From an uncultured Chloroflexia bacterium (GTDB lineage Bacteria > Chloroflexota > Limnocylindria > Limnocylindrales > CSP1-4): a stretch of DNA of 64,000 nucleotides. Position numbers and translations under genes: made by a program. The notes under the pieces were generated by a model. It searched no databases. It saw only the letters and a program-made list of their open reading frames with translations, and was not told the origin of the DNA. The DNA is taken from the NCBI GenBank assembly GCA_963734535.1, contig CAVTHS010000003.1, positions 288,001-352,000 of the forward strand. Direction: 5' to 3'. Below, in pieces: positions 20,194 to 30,809 of this stretch (position 1 is its first letter; every line of letters starts with the position of its first letter).

Positions 20194-21344
20194 GTGGAAA
20201 TCGGAGCCCAGTTCTGCGAACGCTGCGGACGGGACGGCAATTCCTTCGCGTCGGCTGGCATCTCGTTCCACGCCTGCTCACGGTGCGGCGTCGCGAGCTG
20301 TTCCGATTGCTGGAACCTCGTCGACGATGCATGCCTACGGTGCATGCCCTTCCGGCTGCTCGACCCGTTGAGCCAGCCTCCCGTCCCCATCCAGCGGGAA
20401 CCAGGCCTCACGGGGCACGTCAGGACGGGTCGCGCGATCACCGGTTCCGAGGTCGAGGAACAGCTCGTGGTGCGGGCGGTGCCGAGGATTCGTCAGGCAG
20501 ACGCGTGGTCGTCGGACCGCGCGACGCCGACGGCGGTTGCGGCGCACCGTGGCGAGCCCAGCGGAACGACGGTAACGGACACGGCCCCGGTCGGGGGTAG
20601 GCCCGGCCCACGCCGGGGGGCCCGGGGCGGAGGGGTCATCGCGTCGTCCGCGTTGGTCGTCCTGGCGGCCCTCGCGGTCGTGGCCTCTGGTGGATCCCCG
20701 AAGCTACCGGCGCCACTCGCAGACACGCCCCTCTCGGCACTTCCGTTCCCCGCCGACGGCCAGATGACCGTGCAGGCGGCCTGGAGGCACGACCACACCC
20801 TCGTCCGGGACGATGCCGCCTGCAGGTGCAGCGATCGGCCCGGACGAGCGGCACGCCGCGGCAATCGCGCCCAACCCACCGAGGCCTGGCCCCGGAAGCT
20901 CGTGGGTCATGGTGACGCCGGCGCCTCGCGCGGGCGTGTCTCCGTCTGCAGCTCCTCCGTACGCCTCGACACCGACTCCGGGTCCGGTGGGATCGCCGAT
21001 CGCGTCCCCGCCGCAGGGTTGGGGGCCGTGGCCGACGCCATACGAACCACCGTGGGCAACCCCGACCCCGGCGCCACTCCCGACGCCCGCGCCGACCGCG
21101 ACGCCGACAGCTGAGCCCAGTCCGACGGCGGAACCGACCGCGACGCCGACGGCGGAGCCGACCGAGACGCCGACGGCGGAGCCGACCGAGACGCCGACGG
21201 CGGAGCCGACCGAGACGCCGACGCCTGAGCCCAGTCCGACAGCCGAACCGACAGCCGAACCGACGCCTGAGCCCACTGCGACGCCCGAGCCGAGCGCCGC
21301 CACGACACCGGAGCCGAGCGGACACGCCGACGTCCGCGCCCTGA
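20194..21344 (+). CDS. Cys-rich (Zn-finger-like) N-domain, TM and Pro/Thr-rich stalk protein (frameshifts ~20760, ~21320)
   Basis: CERC..CSRC..SCSDC..CLRC; TM VIASSALVVLAALAVVA; PTAEPTET repeats in shifted frame. Confidence 0.55.
21095..21300 (+). repeat. Coding tandem repeat, 24-bp unit (CCGACGGCGGAGCCGACCGAGACG), PTAEPTET
   Basis: Three exact units plus degenerate flanks. Confidence 0.85.
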
Positions 21345-21381
21345 CGGGACGAGCCCCGCCGGCTTCGCCGCCTCCGTCGAC

Positions 21382-22446
21382 CTACCTCGCTTCGGGCTCG
21401 ATCACGCTCATGGCTGCCCGAGCGCGTTCGGTGGCACCGAAGAGGCGGAGCCGTCGCGCACACCAGAACCCGATCGCGACAGGGATCCACACGTTGAGGA
21501 TCCGGTAGGCCAACGTCACCAGGATCGCTGTCGTCGGCGGCATCCCGAGTTGGACGAAGACGAGCGCCATCGCCCCCTCGACCGCTCCGACCCCGTCGGG
21601 AACGATCGCGATGATGAAGAACACGATGCTCATGCCGAATCCTGCGGCGAGGGCAGCCAGGTCCAGGCCCTGGCCGAAAGCGAGGAACACGGCACCGAGG
21701 CCCGCAAGATTCGCGAGATGGAGCAGCACGCCGTAACCCGACGCGATCGCGATGTCGCGCGGATGGTCGGGAATCGAGGTGACCGCCGCGGCGAGCGTGT
21801 CCGTCGTGCGGCCCGCCCACGCGCCCGGTACAGGCGCGGAACGTCTGAGGAGGACCGCCGAGCGGTTCACCGCGGCACCGCACGCTGCCAGCAGCCGTTC
21901 GAGCAACGGGGGTCGGCGAGCCGACAGGACGAGCAACAGGAGCACCGCACCGGTGAACGCGACGAAGAGCGCCGTACCGACCACCGCGAACGCGACGAGC
22001 CGGTCCCGCAGGACGAGTGCGACAGTTCCGGCAAGCACGAAGGGCAGCGCCGTCAGCAGGTCCACGACGAGCACCACGACCACCCCGACCGCCGTCCGCG
22101 GGCCGGACTCGCCTCGCGCCATGGCGTCGTCGATGAAGACCGCGGCCGCAGGCGCCGCCGTGAACGGGACGACGGTCTTCGCGAAGATCGACGCGAACAT
22201 CACCGGGATCAGCCGCAGCGTCCGGCTGGAGACCCCGACCGCGCGGAAGCCTGACTGGTACAGACCTCCGTACAGCAGGAAGAACGCCCCGTGCAGGAGG
22301 AGCGCGACCGTCGCCCACCACGGGTTCGCCTTCGAGAGGTCCACGCCGAGTGCCTCGGCCGAGGTGAACTGGCCGGCCACGATCGTGAGCAGGACGACCA
22401 GGAGCAGGAGGAAGAGCAACCGTCGCCACCCGAACCTTCGTCTCAT
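21382..22446 (-). CDS. Lysylphosphatidylglycerol synthase TM / flippase-like (UPF0104) protein
   Basis: Multi-TM; IVPDGVGAVEGAM, LAYRILNVWIP. Confidence 0.85.
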   Translation of the reverse strand: MRRRFGWRRLLFLLLLVVLLTIVAGQFTSAEALGVDLSKANPWWATVALLLHGAFFLLYGGLYQSGFRAVGVSSRTLRLIPVMFASIFAKTVVPFTAAPAAAVFIDDAMARGESGPRTAVGVVVVLVVDLLTALPFVLAGTVALVLRDRLVAFAVVGTALFVAFTGAVLLLLVLSARRPPLLERLLAACGAAVNRSAVLLRRSAPVPGAWAGRTTDTLAAAVTSIPDHPRDIAIASGYGVLLHLANLAGLGAVFLAFGQGLDLAALAAGFGMSIVFFIIAIVPDGVGAVEGAMALVFVQLGMPPTTAILVTLAYRILNVWIPVAIGFWCARRLRLFGATERARAAMSVIEPEAR

Positions 22447-22741
22447 CGCCGGCCCGACCATTCCGTGGACGACCAGAGCCGGGCCGGCCGGAAGGCTGCG
22501 CCGGGTCGCCGTGGGCCCCAACGACGGCTGTCCAGTCGAGCGGCCGCGCGTGATCGTTCCATCGCTCGCGGATCATCGCCCAAAACCGCCGGGCGGAGGG
22601 CCGCCGGCCTCGGACGCAACGTCCCGTACCTGCGTCAACGCGCCGCGACGTGCGGCTGGGGCCGCAGCGGCGCTTCCCCGGACGCGTCGCGGCGCAGCTG
22701 CGCCGAGGCGATCGCCCAGACCGAGACCCTGTTGTCCGGGG

Positions 22742-22969
22742 CTATTCGACCGGCCGGGACACGAGCTGGTAGGTGCTCCCGTCGCGGTGTTCGATCCGCA
22801 CCCCGGCAACCAGTTGTGGGCGAGCATCGACGACGCCCTCGCGTGTTCCAGCGGCGCGGACTGCGGCAGCGTCAGTCGAGAAGTACGCGATCCACCCGCC
22901 GAAGTCCGCACGCACCGGCGTGCACGGAGTCCAGCGGTTGAGGATCGGCTTCCTGAGTAAGGTCGGCAT
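22742..22969 (-). CDS. Small hypothetical protein
   Basis: 75-aa ORF with ordinary composition, possible AGAAGG SD; no recognised motif. Confidence 0.35.
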   Translation of the reverse strand: MPTLLRKPILNRWTPCTPVRADFGGWIAYFSTDAAAVRAAGTREGVVDARPQLVAGVRIEHRDGSTYQLVSRPVE

Positions 22970-23194
22970 GGGCGTTTGACTACCTTCTGCGGTGATTGCG
23001 CCGACGGTAGCCACCTGACCAGGCGGGAGTCAGAGCCAGTCGGCCCTCGGACGCCGGTGCATGACCCGTCCTCCGGAGAGGCCGGAGCGAGCGCCTGGGC
23101 CATGCCGACCGGGTCCGGCACGTCATCGGCGACTTCGTCACGCTCGCGGACGAGATCGCGCCGGCGGACCTCGTCGGGCCGCTACCAGTCCGGT

Positions 23195-24175
23195 TCAGCT
23201 GCCCGCACCCGCCGCGAGCCGGATCCAGACCGCGTCGGCGCGGAGGGCAGCAGCTCCACGCTCGAATGCCTCCCGCTGGGCCAGCAGCCGGCCCCGGGCA
23301 GCCTCGGGTGTCTCGGCCTCGAACCGGATCTCGTCGCCGGGGCGGAGCTGCCCGAGGCGAGGCAGGTCGACGGTCGGCACCACGCCGAGGACCGGATAGC
23401 CGCCGATCGTCGGGCCGTCCACCAGCATGACGATCGGTCGTCCGTCGGCCGGCAGCTGGACCGCTCCGGGGACGAGCGGATGGGACACGATCTCGCGTCC
23501 CGATCCGAGAGAGGGGCCGTCGAGGCGCAGGCCCATCCGGTCGCTGGACGTCGAGACGCGCCAGGGCGTGGACGCGAGTCCGGTGAGGGCGCCGTCGGGG
23601 GCGGCATCGAGATCCGGCCCAGGCACGATCCCGACCGGCCCGGTCCGCTCGTCCGGGTGCGGGGCCAGCCTCGAGGGCCATCGTCCCCCGACGCCGTCGA
23701 GATCGCCCGGACGGCGGGCAACAAGTCGATCGCCGGCCTGCAGCGGCCGGCCGTCCTCGAACCCGAGCCGCCCGGCCGCGAACGTCGACGCGGATCCCAT
23801 CGAGGTTTCGATCGCGATCCCGCCGGCGAGCGCGACGTACGCGCGCATTCCGCGCAGCGCCCCCGCGAAGCGGATCCGGGCCCCCGCCGGGATGCGGTGG
23901 GCGGTCCCCGGCGGAAGACGTCGACCGTCGTCCCGCTCCGCGCCGAGGTCGGCGCCGCCGAGCCCGACGGCAGTCGTCTCGAGCGCCTCGAGCAGGCACC
24001 CGCCGAACGTGACCTCGAGCGCTGCGGACCCTGGAGGAGCACCGACCAGCAGGTTCGCGACGCCGAGGCCCCACGCATCGCAGGCACCCGACCGCGGCAC
24101 GCCGAGGCGGCCCAGGCCCGGGCGTCCCGTGTCCTGGATGGTCAGGAACGGACCCGGCTCGATGACCTGGAGCAC
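23195..24175 (-). CDS. pxpC: 5-oxoprolinase subunit C
   Basis: PGPFLTIQDTGR, GVPRSGACD, ANLLVG, SDRMGLRL, GAVQLPADGRPI, PTIGGYP. Confidence 0.92.
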   Translation of the reverse strand: MLQVIEPGPFLTIQDTGRPGLGRLGVPRSGACDAWGLGVANLLVGAPPGSAALEVTFGGCLLEALETTAVGLGGADLGAERDDGRRLPPGTAHRIPAGARIRFAGALRGMRAYVALAGGIAIETSMGSASTFAAGRLGFEDGRPLQAGDRLVARRPGDLDGVGGRWPSRLAPHPDERTGPVGIVPGPDLDAAPDGALTGLASTPWRVSTSSDRMGLRLDGPSLGSGREIVSHPLVPGAVQLPADGRPIVMLVDGPTIGGYPVLGVVPTVDLPRLGQLRPGDEIRFEAETPEAARGRLLAQREAFERGAAALRADAVWIRLAAGAGS

Positions 24176-24179
24176 CGCC

Positions 24180-24932
24180 TCAGGCCCGCACGAACCGGAC
24201 CCGCGCGCCCGGCTCGAGAAGGGCGGGCGGGTCACGGTGCGGGTTCCAGGCCACGAGGTCGGTCCGCCCGATGACGTGCCATCCGCCCGGGGTGTCGGTC
24301 GGGTAGATGCCCGTCTGGCGCCCGGCGATCGCCACGCTCCCGGCAGGCACGCGGAGGCGCGGCGTCGGTCGTCGCGGGAGGGCAAGCTCTTCCGGAAGCA
24401 TCCCGAGGTAGGGGAAGCCGGGCACGAATCCCACGCAGAAGACGCGGTATTCGGCTCCGGCGTGCAGGCGAACCACGTCGTCCTCGGCGAGTCCGGTCCT
24501 GGCCGCGACCTCGGCGAGGTCCGGGCCGCCCGCGCCGCCATAGCGGACCGGGACGTGGATCAGGCGCCCGGGATGGGAGGGGGCGGCCGGCTCCTCGGCC
24601 GTGACCGCCTTACCGGCGTCGGCCGGCTCCGTGGTGGCGTCCGCTTCCTTGGCCGTGCCCGCCTCACCGGCCGCCCTCAGCGCGTCGCCGATCACGCCGC
24701 GAACAGCGGCTTCTGTGAGCACGGAGGGGTCGAACTGGACGAGGACGCTCGCGTATGCCGGGACCGTGACACCGAGGCCGGGCATCCGGGCGGCCCGCAC
24801 GTCGAGCCCGAATGCCAGCCGGTGGACGCGGTCGTTGACAGCCCGATCCACGAGGTCGCCGAGCACCACGAGGAGCGCCGCGTCGCCGAACGGCTCGACG
24901 CGGACGCGCTCGGTTCCGATCCGTTCAGCCAT
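24180..24932 (-). CDS. pxpB: 5-oxoprolinase subunit B
   Basis: [57 protein letters not shown]. Confidence 0.92.
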   Translation of the reverse strand: MAERIGTERVRVEPFGDAALLVVLGDLVDRAVNDRVHRLAFGLDVRAARMPGLGVTVPAYASVLVQFDPSVLTEAAVRGVIGDALRAAGEAGTAKEADATTEPADAGKAVTAEEPAAPSHPGRLIHVPVRYGGAGGPDLAEVAARTGLAEDDVVRLHAGAEYRVFCVGFVPGFPYLGMLPEELALPRRPTPRLRVPAGSVAIAGRQTGIYPTDTPGGWHVIGRTDLVAWNPHRDPPALLEPGARVRFVRA

Positions 24933-25689
24933 CCGCCGCGCGAACCTCGATCCCCGCCGCGGCGAACGCGACGCGAATCGCCGTCGCCGTGGCGGCGGCG
25001 CCCGGCGAGTCCCCGTGGATGCAGAGCGTGGCCACCGCGAGCTCGAGGATCGTGCCGTCGAATGTCGTGACCCGGGCATCCCGCGCGATCCCGACCGCCT
25101 GGGCGGCGGCCTGCTGGGGGCCGTCCAGGAGCGCGCCCGGCAGGCGGCGCGAGCGGAGCCGGCCGTCCGCCTCGTACGCACGGTCCGCGAACCCCTCCGC
25201 GACACAGGTGAGGCCCGCCGCCGTTCCCGCGGCGAGCAGCGCGGACCCGGGTGGCCCCACGAGCCGCAGACGCGCATCGAGGCTCGCGACGGCCGCGGCG
25301 ATGGGGCGAGCCACGTCCGGATCCAGCGCGGCCCGGTTGTACAGCGCGCCGTGGGGCTTCACGTGGACGAGGCGACCCCCCTCCGCGCGGACGATGCCGT
25401 CGAGCGCGGCGACCTGGTAGAGGACGGCCGCTTCCAGCTCCTCCGCCGTGAGACCCATCTCGCGGCGGCCGAACCCGACGAGGTCCGGATATCCCGGGTG
25501 GGCGCCGACGGCCGCCCCGGAGTCGAGGGCGAGACGCACGGTCCGCCGGATCGTGAGCGGATCGCCCGCATGGAATCCGCAGGCAACGTTGACCGACGTG
25601 ACGAGCGGGATCAGGTCCGCGTCGGCACCCATCCGCCACGGACCGAGGCTCTCCCCAACGTCCGCGTTCAGGTCGATCCGGGTCGGCAC
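24925..25689 (-). CDS. pxpA: 5-oxoprolinase subunit A (LamB/YcsF)
   Basis: [59 protein letters not shown]. Confidence 0.95.
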   Translation of the reverse strand: MPTRIDLNADVGESLGPWRMGADADLIPLVTSVNVACGFHAGDPLTIRRTVRLALDSGAAVGAHPGYPDLVGFGRREMGLTAEELEAAVLYQVAALDGIVRAEGGRLVHVKPHGALYNRAALDPDVARPIAAAVASLDARLRLVGPPGSALLAAGTAAGLTCVAEGFADRAYEADGRLRSRRLPGALLDGPQQAAAQAVGIARDARVTTFDGTILELAVATLCIHGDSPGAAATATAIRVAFAAAGIEVRAADG

Positions 25690-25775
25690 CGGGCCACTCT
25701 ACGCCGCCGGCGGCAGGCCGATGATCCCGCCGGCCTCGTGCAACCCGCGCGCGGCCCGACCTGTACGATCGCCGC

Positions 25776-26651
25776 GTGGACCCCGGCTTGTCGGACTATG
25801 CCCTGCTCGACTTCGGCGATGGGCGGCGGCTCGACCGGTTCGGAGCGGTGATCGTCGATCGACCGGCGCCCGGCGCAGCCGACATCCCGCTCCTCGATCC
25901 CGGCGCGTGGACCGGGGCGGCCGCGCGGTTCGGCCGCGCGGCGGGAGCCGACGACCTGGCCGGCTGGGACACGGCGGACGCGCTGCCCCCGAGATGGGAG
26001 GTCGTGATCGACGGCCTCCGCCTGGAGCTGCGTCCGACCCCCGCCGGCCAGGTGGGCATCTTTCCCGAGCACGCGGAGCCCGCGGCGTGGGCCGAGGGAC
26101 GCGCCCGGGAGATCGGGGCACGACTGGCACGGCCGCTGGACGTGCTCAACCTGTTTGCCTACACGGGGCTCGTCACGCTCACGCTCGCGCGGGCCGGGGC
26201 GCGTGTCACCCACGTGGACGCTTCGCGGCCCGCGGTGGCGTGGGCCCGGCGGAACGCATCAGGGGCAGGCCTCGCAGACGCGCCGGTCCGGTGGATCGTG
26301 GAGGACGCCCGGGCGTTCGTGGCCCGGGAGGCGCGCCGGGGCCGTCGGTACGACGCGGTGGTGCTGGATCCGCCGACCTATGGACACGCGCCCCGCGGCG
26401 GCGCGGCGTGGCACCTGCAGACGGACCTCGGGGAGCTGCTCTCGGGTTGCGCCGCGCTCACCGGCCCGGCACCGGCGTTCTTCGTGCTGACCGCGCACAC
26501 GGCCGGGCTCGAGGCTGCCGAGCTGCGTGCCCGGATCGCCGGCACCTTCGGGTCCCCGATCGCGAGCCACGCCGAGGTTGTCGCGCTCGGCATGCGTCGC
26601 CCCGACGGCCGCCAGCTGCCGGCGGGCTACGCAATCCGGTGGAGCGCATGA
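25776..26651 (+). CDS. SAM-dependent methyltransferase (RlmI/RlmK-like)
   Basis: YALLDFGDGRRL, GIFPEH, VLNLFAYTG, HVDAS, LDPPTYG. Confidence 0.88.
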   Translation: MDPGLSDYALLDFGDGRRLDRFGAVIVDRPAPGAADIPLLDPGAWTGAAARFGRAAGADDLAGWDTADALPPRWEVVIDGLRLELRPTPAGQVGIFPEHAEPAAWAEGRAREIGARLARPLDVLNLFAYTGLVTLTLARAGARVTHVDASRPAVAWARRNASGAGLADAPVRWIVEDARAFVAREARRGRRYDAVVLDPPTYGHAPRGGAAWHLQTDLGELLSGCAALTGPAPAFFVLTAHTAGLEAAELRARIAGTFGSPIASHAEVVALGMRRPDGRQLPAGYAIRWSA

Positions 26652-27484
26652 CGCAGGGTCGCCCCGTACGCCCGGTCCTGACGAGCGCAGCCAACCCGCG
26701 GCTCCGCGCCGCGGCCGCCCTGCGCGATCGGCGCGCCCGCATCCGGACCGGCCTGCTCCTGGTCGACGGGGCCCGCGAGGTGGCTCGCGCGCTCGACGGC
26801 GGCGTCACGCTGGTCGAGGCGTACGTGGCGGCCGAGGCCTCCGGTGAGGCCGACGTGGCGGCAGTCGCGGGGCGCGTGGCGGCGCTCGGCATCCCGCTCG
26901 TGCCCGTGGCCGCGAAGCTCCTCGGCCTGCTGGCATACGGCGAGCGCGCGAGCGGGATCGTCGCCGTCGCGACCGCCCCCGACACATCCCTCGTGAGCCT
27001 GCGCCTGCCTGCGTCCTCGCCGATCGTCGGGATCCTGGAGGACGTGGAGAAGCCGGGCAACCTGGGCGCGGTCTGCCGGAGCGCGGACGGCGCCGGCCTG
27101 GATGCGATGATCGCGGCGGTCGGCTCGGTCGGTTCGGTGGATCCGTGGAACCCGAACGCGGTGCGAGCGTCCCTGGGGACGGTCTTCACGCTGGCCCTCG
27201 CAGTCGCGACCACCGCAGACGTCCTGGCATGGCTCCGCGCGACGGGCCTGCGGGTCGTGGCGGCACGCGTGGACGGGAGCGTGCCCTACACCGAGGTCGA
27301 CCTGACGGGCCCGGTCGCGCTGGTCCTCGGCAGCGAGGCGCGCGGCCTGACCGCCGAATGGTCCGGAAGCGACGTGATGGCGGTGCGCCTGCCGATGCGC
27401 GGCCGCGCTGACTCCCTGAACGTGGCGGCCGCCGCCGCGATCCTCTTCTACGAGGCACGGCGTCAGCGCGACGCGGGCGCCTGA
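26648..27484 (+). CDS. TrmH/SpoU RNA methyltransferase
   Basis: TSAANP, EKPGNLGAVCRSAD, LVLGSEARGL, LPMRGRADSLNVA. Confidence 0.93.
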   Translation: MTQGRPVRPVLTSAANPRLRAAAALRDRRARIRTGLLLVDGAREVARALDGGVTLVEAYVAAEASGEADVAAVAGRVAALGIPLVPVAAKLLGLLAYGERASGIVAVATAPDTSLVSLRLPASSPIVGILEDVEKPGNLGAVCRSADGAGLDAMIAAVGSVGSVDPWNPNAVRASLGTVFTLALAVATTADVLAWLRATGLRVVAARVDGSVPYTEVDLTGPVALVLGSEARGLTAEWSGSDVMAVRLPMRGRADSLNVAAAAAILFYEARRQRDAGA

Positions 27485-27711
27485 CGCGTCCGGGGTCGGG
27501 GGCCGGCGGCAGGGACACGCGGGTCCTCGCGGGCTGCGCCGAACGAGTCGCCGCCCGGGTCGTCAGCCGGGCAGCGGCTTTGCGCGACGAGCAGCGTTCC
27601 CCCGGCGGTGTCTGCCGCGAAGGCCCCTCCTGCTGCCGCGGAGCCGCCCCGCACCGGACGGCCCGGCCCGAGACGGCCGGGCCCGCCGCGGGCCGACCTA
27701 TACTCCGCGCG

Positions 27712-29331
27712 ATGGTCTCCCTGCACGGCCGTACAGGCCGGATCCGCCCGTCCCGGGGCGCTGCGATCCTCGGTGTCGTCGCGCTGGTTGCGCTTGCCGG
27801 CACGCTGCCGCTCGCACCTGGCAGCGGGGCCCGGGGCGCCGACCGCGAGACGCGAATCGCCATGTCGGCGCCGGCCACCATCGATCCCGCCGCGGCCGGC
27901 GACGCGGGCAGCGCCGCGGTGATCGCCCAGCTCTTCGAGGGCCTCACCGCGATCGACGGCAGCCTCGCGCCGCGGCCGGCGCTCGCCGCGAGCTGGGCCT
28001 TCACGGACGGCAACCGGACCGTCGACTTCACGCTCCGCGATGGGCTCACGTTCTCGGATGGGACGCCGATCAGCGCCGAGGACGTCGTGCGGAGCTGGCT
28101 CCGCGTCCTGGACCCGGCCGCTCCATCGCCGCTGGCGGCGCTCCTGTACGACGTCGTCGGGGCGCGCGCGTACGCCACCGGGGCATCGCCCGACCCGGCG
28201 ACCGTCGGCCTGCATGCGAACGGGCGCGTCCTCGAGGTGCAGCTGACGCGCCCGGCCGGTGACTTCCCGGCGATCGCGGCCAGCCCGTCGCTCGCGGTGG
28301 TCCCGCCCGGGGTCGTGCGCGGAGGAGCGGGTCTCGGGGCGGGAGCCGGTTTCGTGGCTTCGGGTGCCTATGTCCTCTCGGCGAAGACCCCGACGGAGCT
28401 CCAGCTGACGGCGAACGATCACTACTGGGCGGGCGCACCGTCGCTCACCCGCGTGACGCTGGTCACGGACCTCGGCGGGAAGTCCCCGGTCGATGTCTTC
28501 GGGGCGGGGACGCTGGACTGGACCCCGGTGGGACCCGAGGACGCATCCTGGATCGGCTTCGACCGGACGCTCGGCCCGCAGCTGCGCTCCTCGGCGGACC
28601 TCGCGGTGACCTACTTCGGGTTCGACACGCGCCGGGCGCCCTTCAACGACCCGCGGGTCAGGCGTGCCTTCGCGCAGGCGGTGGACTGGCGCCGGGTCGT
28701 GCGCCTCGCGGACGGCAGCGACGCCCTGCCGGCGACCGGGATGGTCCCGCCCGGGATCCCCGGCCGCAGCGATGCGGACCTCCTGCCGACGTTCGATCCG
28801 GCGGCCGCGAAGCGTCTCCTCGCGGACGCGGGCTACGCCGACCCGGCCGCGTTCCCGGTGATCACGCTGGTGGACGCCGGGACCCCCTACGACGCAGGGA
28901 TCCTCGACCAGCTCCATGCGAACCTCGGGATCACCGTGCGTTACGAGTCGCTCGACTTCACGGACTTCTTCACCCGCCTCGCCGGGACCGATGGGCCGCG
29001 CTTCTGGGCGCTCGGCTGGGTCGCCGACTACCCGTCGCCGTCCGATTTCCTGGGGATCCTGCTCGGGAGCGGCCAGCCGAACAACTACGGCGGCTGGACA
29101 TCCGCGGCGTTCGACGACGCGATCGCCCGCGCGGCGGCGAGCCAGGATCCGGCGACCGTGCGCGCGGCGTACGACCAGGCCGAGGCCATCGTGCGCGACG
29201 AGGTACCCGTTGTGCCCGCCGCCTACAGCACCAGCTACGCGCTGAGCCGGACCGGGCTCCTCGGTGCGCAGACGAACGGCCTGGGCATCCTGCGGATCGC
29301 CGGGATGGCGTGGGCCCCGGGGACGCCGTGA
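27712..29331 (+). CDS. Peptide ABC transporter substrate-binding protein (family 5)
   Basis: TIDPA, QLFEGLT, PALAASW, FTLRDGLTFSDGTPISAEDV, PFNDPRVRRAF, GWVADYP. Confidence 0.9.
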   Translation: MVSLHGRTGRIRPSRGAAILGVVALVALAGTLPLAPGSGARGADRETRIAMSAPATIDPAAAGDAGSAAVIAQLFEGLTAIDGSLAPRPALAASWAFTDGNRTVDFTLRDGLTFSDGTPISAEDVVRSWLRVLDPAAPSPLAALLYDVVGARAYATGASPDPATVGLHANGRVLEVQLTRPAGDFPAIAASPSLAVVPPGVVRGGAGLGAGAGFVASGAYVLSAKTPTELQLTANDHYWAGAPSLTRVTLVTDLGGKSPVDVFGAGTLDWTPVGPEDASWIGFDRTLGPQLRSSADLAVTYFGFDTRRAPFNDPRVRRAFAQAVDWRRVVRLADGSDALPATGMVPPGIPGRSDADLLPTFDPAAAKRLLADAGYADPAAFPVITLVDAGTPYDAGILDQLHANLGITVRYESLDFTDFFTRLAGTDGPRFWALGWVADYPSPSDFLGILLGSGQPNNYGGWTSAAFDDAIARAAASQDPATVRAAYDQAEAIVRDEVPVVPAAYSTSYALSRTGLLGAQTNGLGILRIAGMAWAPGTP

Positions 29332-30809
29332 CGCTGCCGCGCCCACGGCGCTCGATGCGGTCGCTCCTGGCGGTCGTTGCCGCGCTCGGCATCGCCATGG
29401 GGCTTGCGGCGCCCGGCGTGCGGGCCGCGGACGTCACCTTCGGCACGCCGTCCGCGACAGCGACGTTCGGCACGAGCGTCACGTTCGTGCAGCCGGTGAC
29501 CGTCGGCGGGACGATCAGGCGGGCCGAGCTGTTGATCACCTTCCCGACCGCGCTCGGGCCGCTCGTGCACGAGGTCCCGGTCCCGTCCGGCAGCGGCGCG
29601 CTCGTGCTGCGGGGCGGCTGGTCGGTCGCGACGGACGGCCACCTGGTGCCGAACACGCCGCTCGTGGCGCGCTGGCGCATCACGCCAACCGTCGGCGACC
29701 CGGTGGAAGGCCCGCCGGTCAGCGTGCTCTACGAGGACACCCGGTTCACCTGGCAGACGTTGACCGGCCCCCTGGTCCGGATTCACTGGTACGAGGGCGA
29801 CGAGGCGTTCGCGCGGCGCGCCCTGGCGGTGGGGGAGAAGGGCGTCAAGCAGGCGGCAGACCTGCTGGGCGTGAAGGAGACGCAGCCGATCGACTTCTAC
29901 GTCTACGCGGCCCAGGCGCCGTTCTACGACGCGCTGGGTCCCGGCACGCGCGAGAACGTCGGCGGCGAGGCGCACGCGGACATTCGAACGCTGTTCGCGC
30001 TCATCGAGCCGAGCGCCGTCAACGACCCCTGGGTGGGCGTGGTGATCCCGCACGAGCTGACCCACCTGGTCTTCGACACTGCCGTCCATAACCCCTATCA
30101 CTTCCCGCCACGCTGGCTCAACGAGGGGCTGGCGGTCTACCTCTCCGAGGGCTACACGACGTCATGGCGCGCTGCCGTCGAGGGGGCGATCGGCGGGGGC
30201 ACGCTCCTCTCGCTGGCCGCGCTGGACGGCCAGTTCCCAACGACGGCGGACGGGTTCCTCCTCGCGTACGGCGAGAGCGTGTCGGCCGTCGACTACTTCG
30301 TCCGCACGTACGGCAAGGCGCGCCTCGTCTCGCTGATCCGCTCGTATGCGTCGGGCCGCACGGACGACGAGGCGTTCAAGGCAGCCATCGGCCTGGACGT
30401 ACCCGGTTTCGAGGCGGCCTGGCTTGCCGCCCTCGGGGCGACGGCCCCCCGCCGGTATGGACCCCAGCCCGCGCCGACCGGACCCGTGCCGCCCGGCTGG
30501 AGCGGCGCGGCCGTTTCGGCGCCTCCCGGCTCGCCCTCGCCGGCGCCGCCGTCGCTCACCCCCGGTGCATCGGCCCCGGGTGTCGCGGCCTCTCCCGCGG
30601 GCGCAACCGGGGGCGCGACGACTGGTGACGGTGCACCCACCGGGCCGATCCTCCTCGCGATCGCGGCCGCGGGGCTCGGCGTCGGCGGGGTGCTTGGGTA
30701 CCTCCGCCGCAGGCGCAGCATGCGGGCCACCAGCCGCCGCGACATGCGCACGGGCGACGATCCCGACCCTGGCCCCTGGGACCTGGGCCCACCGACGCAA
30801 ACCCCGTGA
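29328..30809 (+). CDS. Peptidase MA-family (gluzincin) exported protein with C-terminal TM
   Basis: Signal peptide; IPHELTH..PRWLNEGLAVY; AYGES. Confidence 0.85.
   Translation: MTLPRPRRSMRSLLAVVAALGIAMGLAAPGVRAADVTFGTPSATATFGTSVTFVQPVTVGGTIRRAELLITFPTALGPLVHEVPVPSGSGALVLRGGWSVATDGHLVPNTPLVARWRITPTVGDPVEGPPVSVLYEDTRFTWQTLTGPLVRIHWYEGDEAFARRALAVGEKGVKQAADLLGVKETQPIDFYVYAAQAPFYDALGPGTRENVGGEAHADIRTLFALIEPSAVNDPWVGVVIPHELTHLVFDTAVHNPYHFPPRWLNEGLAVYLSEGYTTSWRAAVEGAIGGGTLLSLAALDGQFPTTADGFLLAYGESVSAVDYFVRTYGKARLVSLIRSYASGRTDDEAFKAAIGLDVPGFEAAWLAALGATAPRRYGPQPAPTGPVPPGWSGAAVSAPPGSPSPAPPSLTPGASAPGVAASPAGATGGATTGDGAPTGPILLAIAAAGLGVGGVLGYLRRRRSMRATSRRDMRTGDDPDPGPWDLGPPTQTP

Noticed and set aside
21095-21300. 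24-bp repeats as a CRISPR array
   Set aside because: Head-to-tail with no spacers; in-frame Pro/Thr/Glu coding repeat.
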